From Octopus vulgaris (Eukaryota): DNA of 64,000 bases. This document shows, piece after piece, positions 62,191 to 64,000 of the stretch. The stretch spans positions 52,948,001-53,012,000 of the forward strand of contig OX597830.1 of the NCBI GenBank assembly GCA_951406725.2, read 5' to 3'. The notes beneath the pieces are model-generated. The model was not told the origin of the DNA. It saw only the letters and a list, made by a program, of their open reading frames with translations, and did no database searches. Each line of letters opens with the position of its first letter. The first letter of the stretch is position 1. Both the position numbers and the translations under genes were made by a program.

Positions 62191-64000
62191 ATCTGCAAGT
62201 AAGAGGATTTTAAATTTATTATCAGAAAAAATACAATCCAAAATCTAGTTACATTTCACAATATTCTGTTCAAAGAAAATTGTGGGGTTTTGAAATAACT
62301 ATTTGGAAAAGCAAATGGAGAAAAGGTAGAAATAATCTTTCACGAGGGGAGAGCTTCAGTATATCAATTCTTGAATTTCTTGCCTTCATTCAAGGTAGCG
62401 ATAACTATTCCAAAACTGACAAATGATTTTAGATAAACGAAAACCATTTCCATCACCATTGTTTATTTAGCAACAAGTGTAAAAGCTCTGGGCCCACAAG
62501 ATATTGTACAAACATTCTATGTTTAACAAGAAATGGCATTACACACGTGTACTGAATTTAAGTGCTAAGCTACGTTGACAGTTTGGAAGTCAGAATTCAC
62601 AGAAAATGAGCAAGAGAAAAAATATTCCATAAACCTTAAAACCAATCAAAGACAGAATTTTTTTACATTTCCCTAGGTTTAGCGAAACAAAGAAAACCGT
62701 CATTTTCGCCTCAGAACATTTTTTTTTAACATTTAATCTCATTCAAACAATTACTGTGATTTCGTAGGAGGGTATGATCTATACAATATGCCCCTTCGAT
62801 AATTAAGAAATCCTGCCAAAATTTTCATACAGAAAAGATTCCAAGGTTTACAATTATGCGACAAAGGGCACCGACTGCAGGGTCGTGTCAGTGCGCAGGC
62901 GCAGTGCTAACAGTGTTACTATGTTGAAAGTCACTGAGCACGAGGAGAAGACATCACAATAGCCTTCGCACCAAAACCCATAAAACGAGCAGCACACCTC
63001 TCAGTAGCTATATTTAAGTCTTAAAAGTACACAGCAACCCTCATCACATAAATAACTTTCACAGAGATCATTGCTGTTTAATCTGGATGCTAACATGGCA
63101 TGGCATTACAAGATCATTAAAGCCAACACCACATGGTCAGCTTCAAAACCTGACGCTAACGAAGTAGGCGAGGGTTTTCGTCAGAAATAAGAACAGGCCA
63201 ATATCTGACACATTTTATAACATACATTATCTCATAATCAATAATTTTGCCACTGCCGGGACTCCTCATGAAACAGGGATTCATTGGCTAAGACGTGGCT
63301 AATATCAGATCTAAATTCGTTGGGAAAATTAACAGCTTTTTACCAAAACCCTATGAAAATAATTATCAAATTGAAACCGGCAAATGCGTTATACGGCTTT
63401 CTGTGAGAAACAGACCAGTTTATAATTCAATAACGAACAAAAATGGAGCTGGCTCGGCCACATGATTAAACATTTGGTAAAGCTATTAAATAGTGTAAAA
63501 TTATAGAAGAAAAAAAAAAAGAAAGAAAATTAACAAAACGGTTTTATGTTAATTTTACCCATACATCTAAAGTGAATTTAAACATTTTAAATGTTCGTGT
63601 AAAATTTGTTATTGGGAGGAATATTGATTAAATACAGATTACAGCAATAAAGAGCAAGTCCTGGTAAAGTACATGGAGATTATTGAAGATTAATCAATAG
63701 AGTGTGACATGATCTGCTAAGATATACTATAATGAGAAACGATGGGAGAGAGACGTGGCCAGAAAGATTCACAATCATGGCTTTTATCATTATATAATAG
63801 GAAAAAAAAACCTGTTAGTAGCAGCGATAATAGGGGAGATCGAGAGGCTGTAGTACTTGGCTGCCGCCATTCACAGCTGGGCTTAGATTAGCAGAAGCAG
63901 GGCGTATCTCTACATCACACCATGTCTAATTATTTCAGGTCTTCCGCGTGTAATTTCTAATTAAGTACTTTTCTCTTTAATTTTATGCGAGATAAAGAAA

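Noticed and set aside
62366-62380. HSE upstream of the Hsc70 ATG (TTCttGAAttTCT)
   Set aside because: Only two perfect units, which is expected by chance in AT-rich DNA; the true promoter may lie outside the window.

Overview
AT-rich, microsatellite-saturated animal genomic DNA, not prokaryotic. The SINE/RTE repertoire suggests an octopus or other coleoid cephalopod (inference). Two spliced genes lie tail-to-tail. (1) A 9-coding-exon CNC-bZIP gene on + (20584-41390, 993 aa by my manual assembly) joins an Nrf1-type ER anchor, a putative processing site and N-glycosylation-rich regions to Nrf2-type DLG and ETGE Keap1 degrons. (2) A 6-coding-exon cytosolic Hsc70 on - (58730-62190, 652 aa). The rest is mostly transposon-derived: tRNA-SINEs, RTE and CR1/L2 LINE fragments, mariner, DD37D, piggyBac and hAT elements, MITEs and simple repeats. 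Most ORFs in the track are repeat artefacts. The best leads are fold-back elements in (TA)n tracts carrying degenerate minimal hammerhead-ribozyme motifs, an ETS-HSE-AP-1-CCAAT cluster and an intronic ARE/M-box cluster at the CNC gene, a pre-miRNA-like intronic hairpin, and unusual Hsc70 substitutions. I cannot demonstrate a wholly new system from sequence alone. All coordinates were read by eye.
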